Source: Parafilimonas sp. | GTDB taxonomy: Bacteria; Bacteroidota; Bacteroidia; Chitinophagales; Chitinophagaceae | Assembly (NCBI GenBank): GCA_039811225.1 | Contig: JBDHYG010000014.1 | Span: forward strand, 660 to 64,659 | Direction of reading: 5' to 3' | DNA: 64,000 nt | In this document: one piece after another, positions 47,478-56,339 of the stretch | How positions within the stretch are numbered: position 1 is the stretch's first letter | Layout of the letters: each line of letters starts with the position of its first letter | The notes under the pieces: generated by a model | Database searches by the model: none | Seen by the model: only the letters and a program-made list of their open reading frames with translations | What the model was told of the DNA's origin: nothing | Translations under genes and position numbers: made by a program

Positions 47478-50400
47478 ATGTTCAAAAAGGCAACTTATAA
47501 AGTGCTTTTTCGTGCACTTGTATTTTTCGCTGTAATGCTTTCGGGTGTTACGTTACACGCGCAGCTAAAAGCAGATTTTACAGCAACACCTGTTTCAGGC
47601 TGTTCCCCTTTAATTGTTGGTTTTTCTGATAAATCAACCGGTAACCCTACCAGTTGGAAATGGGATTTAGGTAATGGTGTAATATCCACTTCCAGGTTTC
47701 CCTCCACCACCTATTTTGAACCTGGTGCCTATACTATAAAGTTAGTTGTATATAAAGGAACAGAAGCGGATTCTATTACTAAAAATGCATACATTAATGT
47801 ATATGGCCTTCCGGAAGTGGATTTTAGCGCTTCACCACTTAGTGGCTGTTACCCGTTGGATGTTAGTTTTATCGATAAAAGTGTAGCAGCTTCCGGAAAT
47901 ATCAATTCCTGGCTATGGGACTTTGGAGATGGAAATACCTCTACAGAATCAGATCCGGTGCATACTTATACCTCCCCGGGTGCTTTTGGTGTAAGCCTGA
48001 TGGTGACATCATCTTTGGGATGTACCAAGACTTTGACAAAAGATCAATTAATTAATATCCAGCAGGGAGTACAGGCGGCATTTATGGTATCTTCTTCTGA
48101 TATCTGTCATACTCCGGCTGTTTATACATTTTTAAATCAAAGTACAGGCACGGGTAATTTATCGTATTACTGGCAATTTGGTGATGGTGGCACTTCTACT
48201 AAAGAATCTCCTTCACATAGCTATGCCAATCCAGGAACATACTCGGTTTTACTGACGGTTACTTCTTCTACTGGTTGCGTTGATACGGCTTCTTTAATGA
48301 TTGATTTTAGTTTTCCTAAAACAAATTTCTATATACCACCCACAATATGTTCCAATCAACCGCAACAGATTACGAATAACACAACACCTACACCTGTGTC
48401 AGTTGCCTGGGATTTTGGAGATGGTACTACCTCAACGATTTTTAGCCCGGTAAAAACATATACAAATTCCGGGAACTACACTATTCGTTTAATCAATGAA
48501 TTTTCTGATAATTGTAAGGATACCGCGTATAAAACAGTACAGGTTATTGACGGACCTGCTGCGTCCTTTAAAGTAACAGATACGGCAAGTTGTTCAACAC
48601 CTTATACCGTACATTTTCAAAATACTACAGTAGGGAATGCCATCAGTTTTGTTTGGGATTTTGGCGATGGCACTAAATCCACTGAAATGAACCCGGAACA
48701 CACTTACACAAAATACGGAACTTATACAGTTACGCTGACTGCTACCAATTCAAATGGTTGCCAGACAATTTATAGAGTGGTTGATTGTATCCGGGTAAGA
48801 AAATTATCAGTCAGTGGATTTGAAGGATTGCCGGTTACAGGATGTGTCCCATATACCATACAGCCTAAACCAATCGCCAATTTTGATTTAAAGAATGCTA
48901 CTTATAAATGGGATTTCGGGGATGGAACAACCTCCACATCAGCGAATCCTATACATACCTATTCACAGGATGGAGATTATACAGTAAAACTTACGTTAAC
49001 TACTCCGGAAGGTTGTGAGACTACATATGAAATGCAACATGCCGTTGTGGTAGGTCATAAACCCAAAGCTGATTTCTTTGCTGATCCGTTGGAAGTTTGT
49101 GCGAAGTATCCGATCACTTTTACAAGTACCAGTACAAATGGCCCTATAACTGGTTTGGAATGGCATTTTGGAGATGGGAGTATTTCTTATGATAACCCGG
49201 TAGCCATCCACAAATTTGGAGATACCGGGTATTTTACTATTACATTGATCGCTTTTAATAATGGTTGTGCAGATACTATTGAAAAGGAACGATATGTACA
49301 TATCAAGCCACCCAATGCTAAATTTACTTTTGAAAATAATTGTACAGACCGGCAATCTGTTCAGTTTAAAGATAAATCTCAGGGTGACCTGGTGTGGAAC
49401 TGGGATTTCGGTGATGGTACACAATCAACGGATAAAAACCCGAAACATACGTATGCTGCTCCCGGCTCGTATAATGTGGTCTTAACCGTAGCGAACAATA
49501 CATGTGATGATACGGCCCGGCAAACAGTTAAAGTGGTGAATGAAAAACCTTTGTTGGATGTATTCCCTTTTGAGAGTTGTAAAAATGTGGAATTTACGTT
49601 CAGTATAAAAAATGTTGACTCTGCAAATATTGTCAATACAACCTGGGATTTTGGTGATGGCAGTAAACAGGTAATAAATGGTGTTTCTGTTAAACATAGT
49701 TATGTAAAAGCCGGCTCATACCAGGTTACCGTGATTGTAAGAGATATTCTTGGGTGTACAGACACATTAATACAAACCAATAATGTTACCATTTATGGCC
49801 CCAGTGCTAAATTCAATGCAGTGAAAAATGCCGGTTGTATACAGGAGTCATTTGAATTTACAGATGCTTCAACCACGGATGGTACCCATCCTATTACAAA
49901 ATGGGTTTGGGATTTTGGTGATGACAATAAAGTAACTACTACCGGAGGACCAGTTCAACATGCCTATCTGGCTGCAGGTAGTTATGATGTGAAACTTACG
50001 GTCTCAGACAATTATGGTTGTAGTGATAGTGTGCGCAAAAAGAATTACATAACCATAACTCAGCCTAAAGCCGCTTTTAACATCTCTGATTCTATTGTAT
50101 GCCCGGATAAAAAAATCAACTTTACCAGTACTTCGGAAGGCGCTCAATTAACGTATAAATGGGATTTCAAAGATGGAACATTTTCCACACAGGAGGCGCC
50201 TTCTCATACCTATTCCGTGCAAGGCACATATTATCCCCAGCTTTTAGTTGTGGATGCCAATACCTGCCGGGATTCTGTTGTTTCGCTTTCACCAATACTG
50301 GTTTCCATTCCGGAACCCCGTTTCACCATGAGTGATTCCTTTGCCACCTGCCCACCATTAAATGTGCTCTTTACCAATACGTCCGAAAACTACAAATCAT

Positions 50401-52301
50401 TTAGTTGGGATTTTGGAGATGGTAATACATCCACCGTATTTTCCCCTTCACATTTATACAATGCAGCTGGTATATTCCCGGCAAAGTTGAAAGTAACTGG
50501 AAATGGTGGTTGTACGGATTCTTTGACAAAGAATATTGTAATTAAAGGACCATCTGGTAATATTATTTATGATCCGGTTACTGTATGTTACCCGGGTGAA
50601 ATTACATTCACGTCCAAGGCAGTGAATACGGTACAATATGTTTGGGATTTCAGTGATGGTACCACGTTGACCACTTCAGAAAATAAAGCAACACATATTT
50701 ATCAGCCCGGTTCTTATGTACCTAAATTGATCCTGAGTGATGCTTTTGGTTGCCAGGTACCAATAAAAGGTATTGATACAATTCACGCTTTTGATGTAAC
50801 TGCTGTGCCCACAGCCATAAGTCATCAGTTCTGTGATTCCGGGACAGTTGTTTTCACCGATTCGTCATATTCTAATGACATTATTTCAAATTATCATTGG
50901 ATATTCCCGGATAACAGTACGGCAGATGGTAAACAAGTTTCGCATATATTTACAACTGCAGGAACTTACCAGGTGAAATTAATTGTAACTACTCAAAATG
51001 GTTGTAAAGATACCAGTGAACTTTTTACACCAATCCAGATTTCAGTTTCTCCAGAGATCAGCATTTTGGGTGATAGTACGGGTTGTGCACCTTTATCACT
51101 CAGTTTTAATGGCCATATAAATTCGCCGGATTCATCTGCGCTCTCATGGAATTGGGACTTTGGAAATGGGGCCGTTTCTAACCTACAAAACCCGCTGCCT
51201 GTAAGTTATACAACAGCAGGCCAGTACACCATTACCACCATTGCTGTAAATGCCGCCGGTTGTGCCGACACCGCTCAAAAACGTATCAATTTGCTGGCGC
51301 CACCTAATGTAAGCGCCGGATTTGATACATCTATTTGTAAATTCAGTAGTATTGTGTTGCAACCGAGTGGGGCATTGAATTATGTGTGGGATTATAGCCC
51401 GGATTTGAATTGCAGTGATTGTACCAATCCTATTGCTTCGCCGGATTCAACAGCTACGTTTGTAGTACATGGCACCAATGAGTATGGTTGCTCTGCTTCT
51501 GACACGATTACATTAATGGTCATACAGCCAACAACTTTAGCTACCTCAGGGAGTGATTCGTTGTGTGTGGGCGGAACCGTTCAGCTCCATGCACAAGGGG
51601 CATTAACCTACAAATGGACACCGACAATTTTCCTGGATGATCCGACAAGCCCAGATCCGGTAATGCATGCCACAAAAGATACTCTTATTCATTACCAGGT
51701 AACCGGAGCCGGACAGAAAAACTGTTTTGTTGACACAGGTACCGTTACTATAAAAGTATATCCAATTCCGGGTATGCAAATCATTAAGGACAATATTACG
51801 ATGCAGGCAGGACAGCCTGTTCGTTTGGAAACTACTTCCACACCGGATATTACGCAATGGAGATGGGAACCTTCTACCGGATTGGATAATCCTACCATTG
51901 CCAATCCTATGGCCAATCCATTACAAACAACAACTTACACATGCGTGGCAGTTAATGGTGGCGGTTGCCTGGCACGGGATATGGTTACAGTGTATGTCTT
52001 ATGTGATAAGAACAATATTTTTATTCCCAATACTTTCTCACCAAATCATGATGGGGTCAATGATGCCTTCTATCCGAGAGGTACGGGATTGTTTAGCGTA
52101 AAATCTATTAAAATATTTAATCGCTGGGGCGAGTTGGTATATAGCAATAAAGATGTGACGCCCAATGATGCCAGTGGTGGCTGGGATGGTACTTATAAAG
52201 GCAAGCCAGCCCCGGCTGATGTTTATGTTTATATTATGGAAATAACTTGTGAAAATAGCAAGGTCATACCGATGAAAGGAAATGTCACACTGATCAGGTA
52301 A
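47478..52301 (+). CDS. Giant PKD-repeat cell-surface protein with a T9SS type-B (gliding-motility-associated, CHU_C-type) C-terminal sorting domain
   Basis: Signal peptide (…VTLHAQ). 15 modules each carrying W-x-F-G-D-G-like motifs. Three further W-x-P Ig-like modules. Terminal IFIPNTFSPNHDGVNDAFYPRG...IFNRWGELVY...GWDGTYKGKPAPADVYVYIMEI...KGNVTLIR. Confidence 0.9.
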   Translation: MFKKATYKVLFRALVFFAVMLSGVTLHAQLKADFTATPVSGCSPLIVGFSDKSTGNPTSWKWDLGNGVISTSRFPSTTYFEPGAYTIKLVVYKGTEADSITKNAYINVYGLPEVDFSASPLSGCYPLDVSFIDKSVAASGNINSWLWDFGDGNTSTESDPVHTYTSPGAFGVSLMVTSSLGCTKTLTKDQLINIQQGVQAAFMVSSSDICHTPAVYTFLNQSTGTGNLSYYWQFGDGGTSTKESPSHSYANPGTYSVLLTVTSSTGCVDTASLMIDFSFPKTNFYIPPTICSNQPQQITNNTTPTPVSVAWDFGDGTTSTIFSPVKTYTNSGNYTIRLINEFSDNCKDTAYKTVQVIDGPAASFKVTDTASCSTPYTVHFQNTTVGNAISFVWDFGDGTKSTEMNPEHTYTKYGTYTVTLTATNSNGCQTIYRVVDCIRVRKLSVSGFEGLPVTGCVPYTIQPKPIANFDLKNATYKWDFGDGTTSTSANPIHTYSQDGDYTVKLTLTTPEGCETTYEMQHAVVVGHKPKADFFADPLEVCAKYPITFTSTSTNGPITGLEWHFGDGSISYDNPVAIHKFGDTGYFTITLIAFNNGCADTIEKERYVHIKPPNAKFTFENNCTDRQSVQFKDKSQGDLVWNWDFGDGTQSTDKNPKHTYAAPGSYNVVLTVANNTCDDTARQTVKVVNEKPLLDVFPFESCKNVEFTFSIKNVDSANIVNTTWDFGDGSKQVINGVSVKHSYVKAGSYQVTVIVRDILGCTDTLIQTNNVTIYGPSAKFNAVKNAGCIQESFEFTDASTTDGTHPITKWVWDFGDDNKVTTTGGPVQHAYLAAGSYDVKLTVSDNYGCSDSVRKKNYITITQPKAAFNISDSIVCPDKKINFTSTSEGAQLTYKWDFKDGTFSTQEAPSHTYSVQGTYYPQLLVVDANTCRDSVVSLSPILVSIPEPRFTMSDSFATCPPLNVLFTNTSENYKSFSWDFGDGNTSTVFSPSHLYNAAGIFPAKLKVTGNGGCTDSLTKNIVIKGPSGNIIYDPVTVCYPGEITFTSKAVNTVQYVWDFSDGTTLTTSENKATHIYQPGSYVPKLILSDAFGCQVPIKGIDTIHAFDVTAVPTAISHQFCDSGTVVFTDSSYSNDIISNYHWIFPDNSTADGKQVSHIFTTAGTYQVKLIVTTQNGCKDTSELFTPIQISVSPEISILGDSTGCAPLSLSFNGHINSPDSSALSWNWDFGNGAVSNLQNPLPVSYTTAGQYTITTIAVNAAGCADTAQKRINLLAPPNVSAGFDTSICKFSSIVLQPSGALNYVWDYSPDLNCSDCTNPIASPDSTATFVVHGTNEYGCSASDTITLMVIQPTTLATSGSDSLCVGGTVQLHAQGALTYKWTPTIFLDDPTSPDPVMHATKDTLIHYQVTGAGQKNCFVDTGTVTIKVYPIPGMQIIKDNITMQAGQPVRLETTSTPDITQWRWEPSTGLDNPTIANPMANPLQTTTYTCVAVNGGGCLARDMVTVYVLCDKNNIFIPNTFSPNHDGVNDAFYPRGTGLFSVKSIKIFNRWGELVYSNKDVTPNDASGGWDGTYKGKPAPADVYVYIMEITCENSKVIPMKGNVTLIR
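47560..51300 (+). repeat. Array of 15 tandem PKD-like coding modules (period about 80-85 codons)
   Basis: Motifs read in the translation: WKWDLGNG, WLWDFGDG, YYWQFGDG, VAWDFGDG, FVWDFGDG, YKWDFGDG, LEWHFGDG, WNWDFGDG, TTWDFGDG, WVWDFGDD, YKWDFKDG, FSWDFGDG, YVWDFSDG, YHWIFPDN, WNWDFGNG. The modules have diverged at the DNA level. Confidence 0.85.
52011..52298 (+). other. T9SS type-B C-terminal sorting domain of the PKD protein
   Basis: NNIFIPNTFSPNHDGVNDAFYP ... GNVTLIR, the hallmark of the Bacteroidota/Flavobacteria gliding-associated CTD (TIGR04131-like). Confidence 0.85.
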
Positions 52302-52317
52302 GTACTAATGGTTTTTT

Positions 52318-52337
52318 AAAACCCGGAAACGGGTTTT
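52318..52337 (+). terminator. Hairpin between the PKD gene and the PorP/SprF gene
   Basis: AAAACCCG-GAAA-CGGGTTTT: an 8-bp perfect stem with a GNRA-like tetraloop. The T-run forms part of the 3' arm. Confidence 0.5.
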
Positions 52338-52373
52338 GGAGTTATATTTTTTTACATAAATCCAATATCCAAC

Positions 52374-53402
52374 ATGAAGAAAAATCTACTCATGATTTTT
52401 ACAATCAGCCTATGCTGTATTGTAAAAAGTACAAACGGCCAGGATGTACACTTTTCGCAATTTTTCAATGCACCATTATTGCGCAATCCGTCATTGGCCG
52501 GAATTTTCGATGGAGATGTTCGTATTCAGGGTGTTTATCGCAGCCAGTGGGGCAGTGTAACCACGCCTTATCAAACAGGTTCCTTCGACGTGGAAGTAAA
52601 AAAACCTATTGGCCAGGGGAATGATTTCATCACCATGGGTATGCAAATTTTGTATGACCGGGCCGGTGATATCAATTTCACTACCACCAATTTCCTGCCG
52701 GCAGTGAATTATCATAAATCATTAAACGGGGATAAGCGCAAATTTTTATCCTTTGGTTTTATGGGTGGCCTGGTACAAAGAAAAATAGACCGTTCCAAAA
52801 TGACAACCAATAACCAGTATGATGGCCATGGGTATAATCCTTCATTAGCAGATGGAGAAACATTTAACCAGGCGAATTACCGGTATTGGGATGGAAGTTT
52901 TGGCGTATCATATAATTCTTCCATTGGTCAAAGTGATGTGAGCAATTATTTTTTTGGTTTAGCCTATCATCATTTTAACCGGCCTGTTAATTCATTTTAC
53001 CGGAACCCACCGATAGAACTCAATCCAAAATGGGTCGCATCCGGTGGCTTGAAATTGGCCATCAATGATTATTCATATGTAAGTTTCCAGGCCGATTATT
53101 CCATGCAGGGGAGTGCGCAAGAAATTATAGCAGGGGGGATGTATTCCCGCAAAATAGGGGATGATATGGATAATCCGCTTTATACTCTCCATCTCGGTGC
53201 GTATATGCGTTGGCAGGATGCAATTATTCCCGTTATAAAACTCGATTACAATCCATTTTCTTTATCCTTTAGTTATGATGTAAATACATCACCGTTGAAA
53301 ACAGCCAGCCAACTCAGGGGCGGATTTGAGTTGTCCATTGCATTTATTGGCTTTAATAGTGGTTACTCTACAAAAGATGCGGTATTGTGCCCGAAATTTT
53401 AA
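52374..53402 (+). CDS. PorP/SprF-family type IX secretion system membrane protein
   Basis: Signal peptide followed by QDVHFSQFFNAPLLRNPSLAG (the family's N-terminal hallmark). Beta-barrel strands and a C-terminal F. Positioned immediately after a type-B CTD cargo gene. Confidence 0.88.
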   Translation: MKKNLLMIFTISLCCIVKSTNGQDVHFSQFFNAPLLRNPSLAGIFDGDVRIQGVYRSQWGSVTTPYQTGSFDVEVKKPIGQGNDFITMGMQILYDRAGDINFTTTNFLPAVNYHKSLNGDKRKFLSFGFMGGLVQRKIDRSKMTTNNQYDGHGYNPSLADGETFNQANYRYWDGSFGVSYNSSIGQSDVSNYFFGLAYHHFNRPVNSFYRNPPIELNPKWVASGGLKLAINDYSYVSFQADYSMQGSAQEIIAGGMYSRKIGDDMDNPLYTLHLGAYMRWQDAIIPVIKLDYNPFSLSFSYDVNTSPLKTASQLRGGFELSIAFIGFNSGYSTKDAVLCPKF

Positions 53403-53465
53403 ATGAAGGCTTATTGTAAACGAGTTATTTTTTTTTATATAAATTGCAGCCCAAAAATTAAAAGC

Positions 53466-53933
53466 ATGCATATTAAAGTTGGCGACCAGGCTCCGGATTT
53501 CACCTTAGTGGATACAGAAAAAAATAAAGTGACCTTATCTGCACAAAGAGGTAATAAAGTATTGTTGTTATTTTTCCCGATGGCATTTACCGGCGTTTGT
53601 ACAAAAGAAATGTGTGGCGTACGGGATGACATTAATAAATATAATGCGGCCAATGCAAAAGTATTTGGTATATCTGTTGACTCGCCGTTTACATTGTCAA
53701 AATTCAAAGAAGACCAGCAAATTAATTTTCCTTTGTTGAGTGATTTCAATAAAGAAGTATCGGAAAGCTACGGCTGCATCTATGATGCCTTTATCGGTTG
53801 GATGCGGGGCGTGGCCAAAAGATCAGCTTTTGTGATTAATGAAGAGGGAAAAGTCCTGTATGCAGAAGTATTGGAAGAAGCCAAAGATTTACCGGATTTT
53901 GCTGCTATTCAAAAGGTGTTGAACCCGGCATAG
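53466..53933 (+). CDS. Peroxiredoxin (AhpC/TSA, Bcp/Prx-like)
   Basis: MHIKVGDQAPDFTL and FFPMAFTGVCTKE (peroxidatic Cys context). The start is taken at 53466; the ORF-track start at 53403 adds an implausible leader. Confidence 0.88.
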   Translation: MHIKVGDQAPDFTLVDTEKNKVTLSAQRGNKVLLLFFPMAFTGVCTKEMCGVRDDINKYNAANAKVFGISVDSPFTLSKFKEDQQINFPLLSDFNKEVSESYGCIYDAFIGWMRGVAKRSAFVINEEGKVLYAEVLEEAKDLPDFAAIQKVLNPA

Positions 53934-53950
53934 CAATTTTAAGAAAGATT

Positions 53951-53958
53951 TAGATTTG
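53951..53958 (+). promoter_or_regulatory. Candidate -7 box (TAGATTTG) upstream of the mini-CTD gene
   Basis: Exact TAnnTTTG match, 45 nt before the ATG at 54004. Confidence 0.3.
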
Positions 53959-54003
53959 GTTATATAATATATATTTTCTATTTTTACGAACGTATAGTGG
54001 CCG

Positions 54004-54378
54004 ATGAAACAAATTTTACTTAGTAAAAACGGGGCTGTAAAAAGAATCCTGCTGGCAACCATCTTTGTGGCGAGTGGCTGGATTTTTTGTAGTGCGGGTA
54101 ATGCCAGCTTACCGGCTGATACCCTTGTCAAAGTAGTTAAGTTTTATCCTAACCCTGCTACTTCTTATATCAATTTTGAATTCCCGACCAATATCGACAG
54201 GTCGTATTCTATTTCGATCTATAGTTTTTCCGGAAAGAAAATGAAAGAAATGCCGGTAAGTTCTGCAAAGATGACGGTCATCTTATCCGATGATTTTTAC
54301 CGCGGTATTTATATTTTCCAGTTGCATGACAAAGCCGGCAAATTAATAGAAGCCGGCAAATTCCAGGTAGCCCGGTAA
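54004..54378 (+). CDS. 124-aa protein made of a signal peptide plus a T9SS type-A C-terminal sorting domain only
   Basis: Signal: KRILLATIFVASGWIFCSAG. After about 10 residues comes VVKFYPNPATSYINFEF...ISIYSFSGKKM...GIYIFQLHD...GKFQVAR, the Por-secretion CTD (TIGR04183-like) pattern. Confidence 0.75.
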   Translation: MKQILLSKNGAVKRILLATIFVASGWIFCSAGNASLPADTLVKVVKFYPNPATSYINFEFPTNIDRSYSISIYSFSGKKMKEMPVSSAKMTVILSDDFYRGIYIFQLHDKAGKLIEAGKFQVAR

Positions 54379-54458
54379 TTTTTCAATGAATTTTTTTGAA
54401 CATCACCTGTAACCATTTTTGGATGCGTTATAGATATTAATAGGCTAAATGCAGCTTG

Positions 54459-56336
54459 TCAATTCACAATCAATACAGGAATGGAAAGCCTGTGACGTAC
54501 CTGGTTTAAAGTTTCTCCATACAAAAAATCTTTTATGCCTTTATGCCGGTGGGCGCCCATCACCAGGAGGTTGATCTTTTCTTCTTTCACAATACGGACA
54601 ATTTCTTTTACCCTGTTTTTATATCCTAGTTTTACGGAAACCGTATATCCCAAATCGCGTAATTGAGTGGCATACTTTTCCAGTCGTTCCATATCGGTAC
54701 GCGTTTCAAAATCATCTGCTTCGGCCCCGAAAAACCGGGCTGTTGCTGTTTCCACGATATGCACTAAGAGATAATGCGCATTTTTCTTCCCCTGGGATAA
54801 AGCATAGGCAATCAGCTTTTCATCATTATTGCCAAAGTCCAGGGAAACGGCAATATGGGTTAATGCCGGCGCTTCTAATTGGCGTAAAGGCTGGAAAGCG
54901 CCATGCATATTATCTAATTCTTGTAACCTTCTTTTTTTCATAATCGGAATGATGATCATCATGAAAAATAGCCAGGCAAATGCGAGAGCTGCTACTAAAA
55001 GTAAAATTTTTAAGCCAATATTTCCAGTTTCATTGAATACCGGCATACAGGCTTCGGTAACCATTTTGACATTTAAAAATACCAGTACCAACGCCACCAG
55101 CCATGAAAGAATTTTTACCCAAAGTGGTATTACAAAAACACCCATGGTTTTTTTATCACTGACAAAAAAGATTAACGGAATGATGGCAAATCCTAATTGC
55201 GCACTCAGGATCACCTGGCTTAAAATAAGTAAGGCATCCAGTTCCTGGTCGCCATAAATGAGAATGACCAGAACACTGGGGATAATGGCAAGTAACCGGG
55301 TCAGCAAACGTCGCATCCAGGGATTGATGCGCAGGTTTAAATATCCTTCCATTACTATTTGCCCGGCCAGGGTACCGGTAACGGTAGAGCTTTGCCCGGC
55401 TGCTATGAGCGCAATGGCGAAGAGGACAGGCGCTAATTTGCTACCCAACAACGGCGCTAATAATTCATGGGCATCTTCTATTTTCGCCACCTGTGTATGA
55501 CCGCTGGAGAAGAAAACAGCAGCTGCGAGGATCAGGATGGCTGCATTGACAAAAAAGGCTGCATTCAGTGCAATGGCGCTATCAAAAAAATTAAACCGCA
55601 ATGCCCGTTTAATACTTTTTTCAGTGGGTAAAATTTTCCTCGTTTGTACAAGTGAAGAATGCAGGTACAAATTATGGGGCATTACCGTAGCGCCAATGAT
55701 ACCAACGGCAATATATAATGCATCCCCGTTCAATGAAGTGGGAATAAAGCCTTTCACGATTTCCCCCGGGTCAGGTTTTGCCAGGAAAATTTCAATAAGA
55801 AAAGAAATACCAATCACCAGGATCAATGCTATGATAAATGCTTCGAGGCGGCGTATTCCTAATCGTTGAAACCAGAGCAACAAAAAAGTGTCCAGTACCG
55901 TAATGCAAACACCCCATAGAATAGGCATACCGGTGAGCAGGTGAATACCAATGGCCATACCCAAAACTTCTGCCAGGTCGCAAGCTGCAATGGCAAATTC
56001 AGCTAAAATATATAAGCAGAAATTTACTACCCTTGGATACATATCCCTGTTGGCCTGCGCCAGGTCACGCCGCCTTACAATACCCAGGCGGGAGCTCAGG
56101 CTTTGTAATAGCAATGCCATGAGGTTACTCATTAATAAAACCCAAATCAGGCTATACCCAAATTGTGCACCGCCTTGCAAATCAGTTGCCCAGTTCCCGG
56201 GATCCATATACCCAACACTAACCAGGTAGGCCGGGCCAAAATAGGGTAACCATTTACGAAAGCCTTTTTTATTATTGACTACTTCTACTGATTCATGTAC
56301 TTCACTTAAGGAAAGATGATTGTGTCGCTGCTGCAT
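54459..56336 (-). CDS. mntH: Nramp-family divalent metal (Mn2+/Fe2+) transporter with a fused C-terminal universal stress protein (USP) domain
   Basis: GYMDPGNWATDL and MPHNLYLHS Nramp motifs with about 11 TM helices. The 625-aa length is explained by the added C-terminal domain. Confidence 0.88.
   Translation of the reverse strand: MQQRHNHLSLSEVHESVEVVNNKKGFRKWLPYFGPAYLVSVGYMDPGNWATDLQGGAQFGYSLIWVLLMSNLMALLLQSLSSRLGIVRRRDLAQANRDMYPRVVNFCLYILAEFAIAACDLAEVLGMAIGIHLLTGMPILWGVCITVLDTFLLLWFQRLGIRRLEAFIIALILVIGISFLIEIFLAKPDPGEIVKGFIPTSLNGDALYIAVGIIGATVMPHNLYLHSSLVQTRKILPTEKSIKRALRFNFFDSAIALNAAFFVNAAILILAAAVFFSSGHTQVAKIEDAHELLAPLLGSKLAPVLFAIALIAAGQSSTVTGTLAGQIVMEGYLNLRINPWMRRLLTRLLAIIPSVLVILIYGDQELDALLILSQVILSAQLGFAIIPLIFFVSDKKTMGVFVIPLWVKILSWLVALVLVFLNVKMVTEACMPVFNETGNIGLKILLLVAALAFAWLFFMMIIIPIMKKRRLQELDNMHGAFQPLRQLEAPALTHIAVSLDFGNNDEKLIAYALSQGKKNAHYLLVHIVETATARFFGAEADDFETRTDMERLEKYATQLRDLGYTVSVKLGYKNRVKEIVRIVKEEKINLLVMGAHRHKGIKDFLYGETLNQVRHRLSIPVLIVN
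54462..54860 (-). other. USP domain portion of the MntH fusion (last ~133 codons)
   Basis: THIAVSLDFGNNDEKLIAYAL...LLVHIVE...INLLVMGAHRHKGIKDFLYGETLNQVRHRLSIPVLIV. This is the USP-type alpha/beta fold pattern, including the G-x2-G-x9-G-S/T-like region. Confidence 0.75.
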
Positions 56337-56339
56337 ATT

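Noticed and set aside
47650-51200. Periodic recurrence of tgggattttggngatgg-like strings, checked as a possible CRISPR or tandem DNA repeat
   Set aside because: The period is about 250 nt and sits inside one continuous ORF. The conserved part encodes the W-D-F-G-D-G core of PKD modules, while the intervening sequence is also coding and divergent. This is protein-level repetition, not a CRISPR array or satellite.
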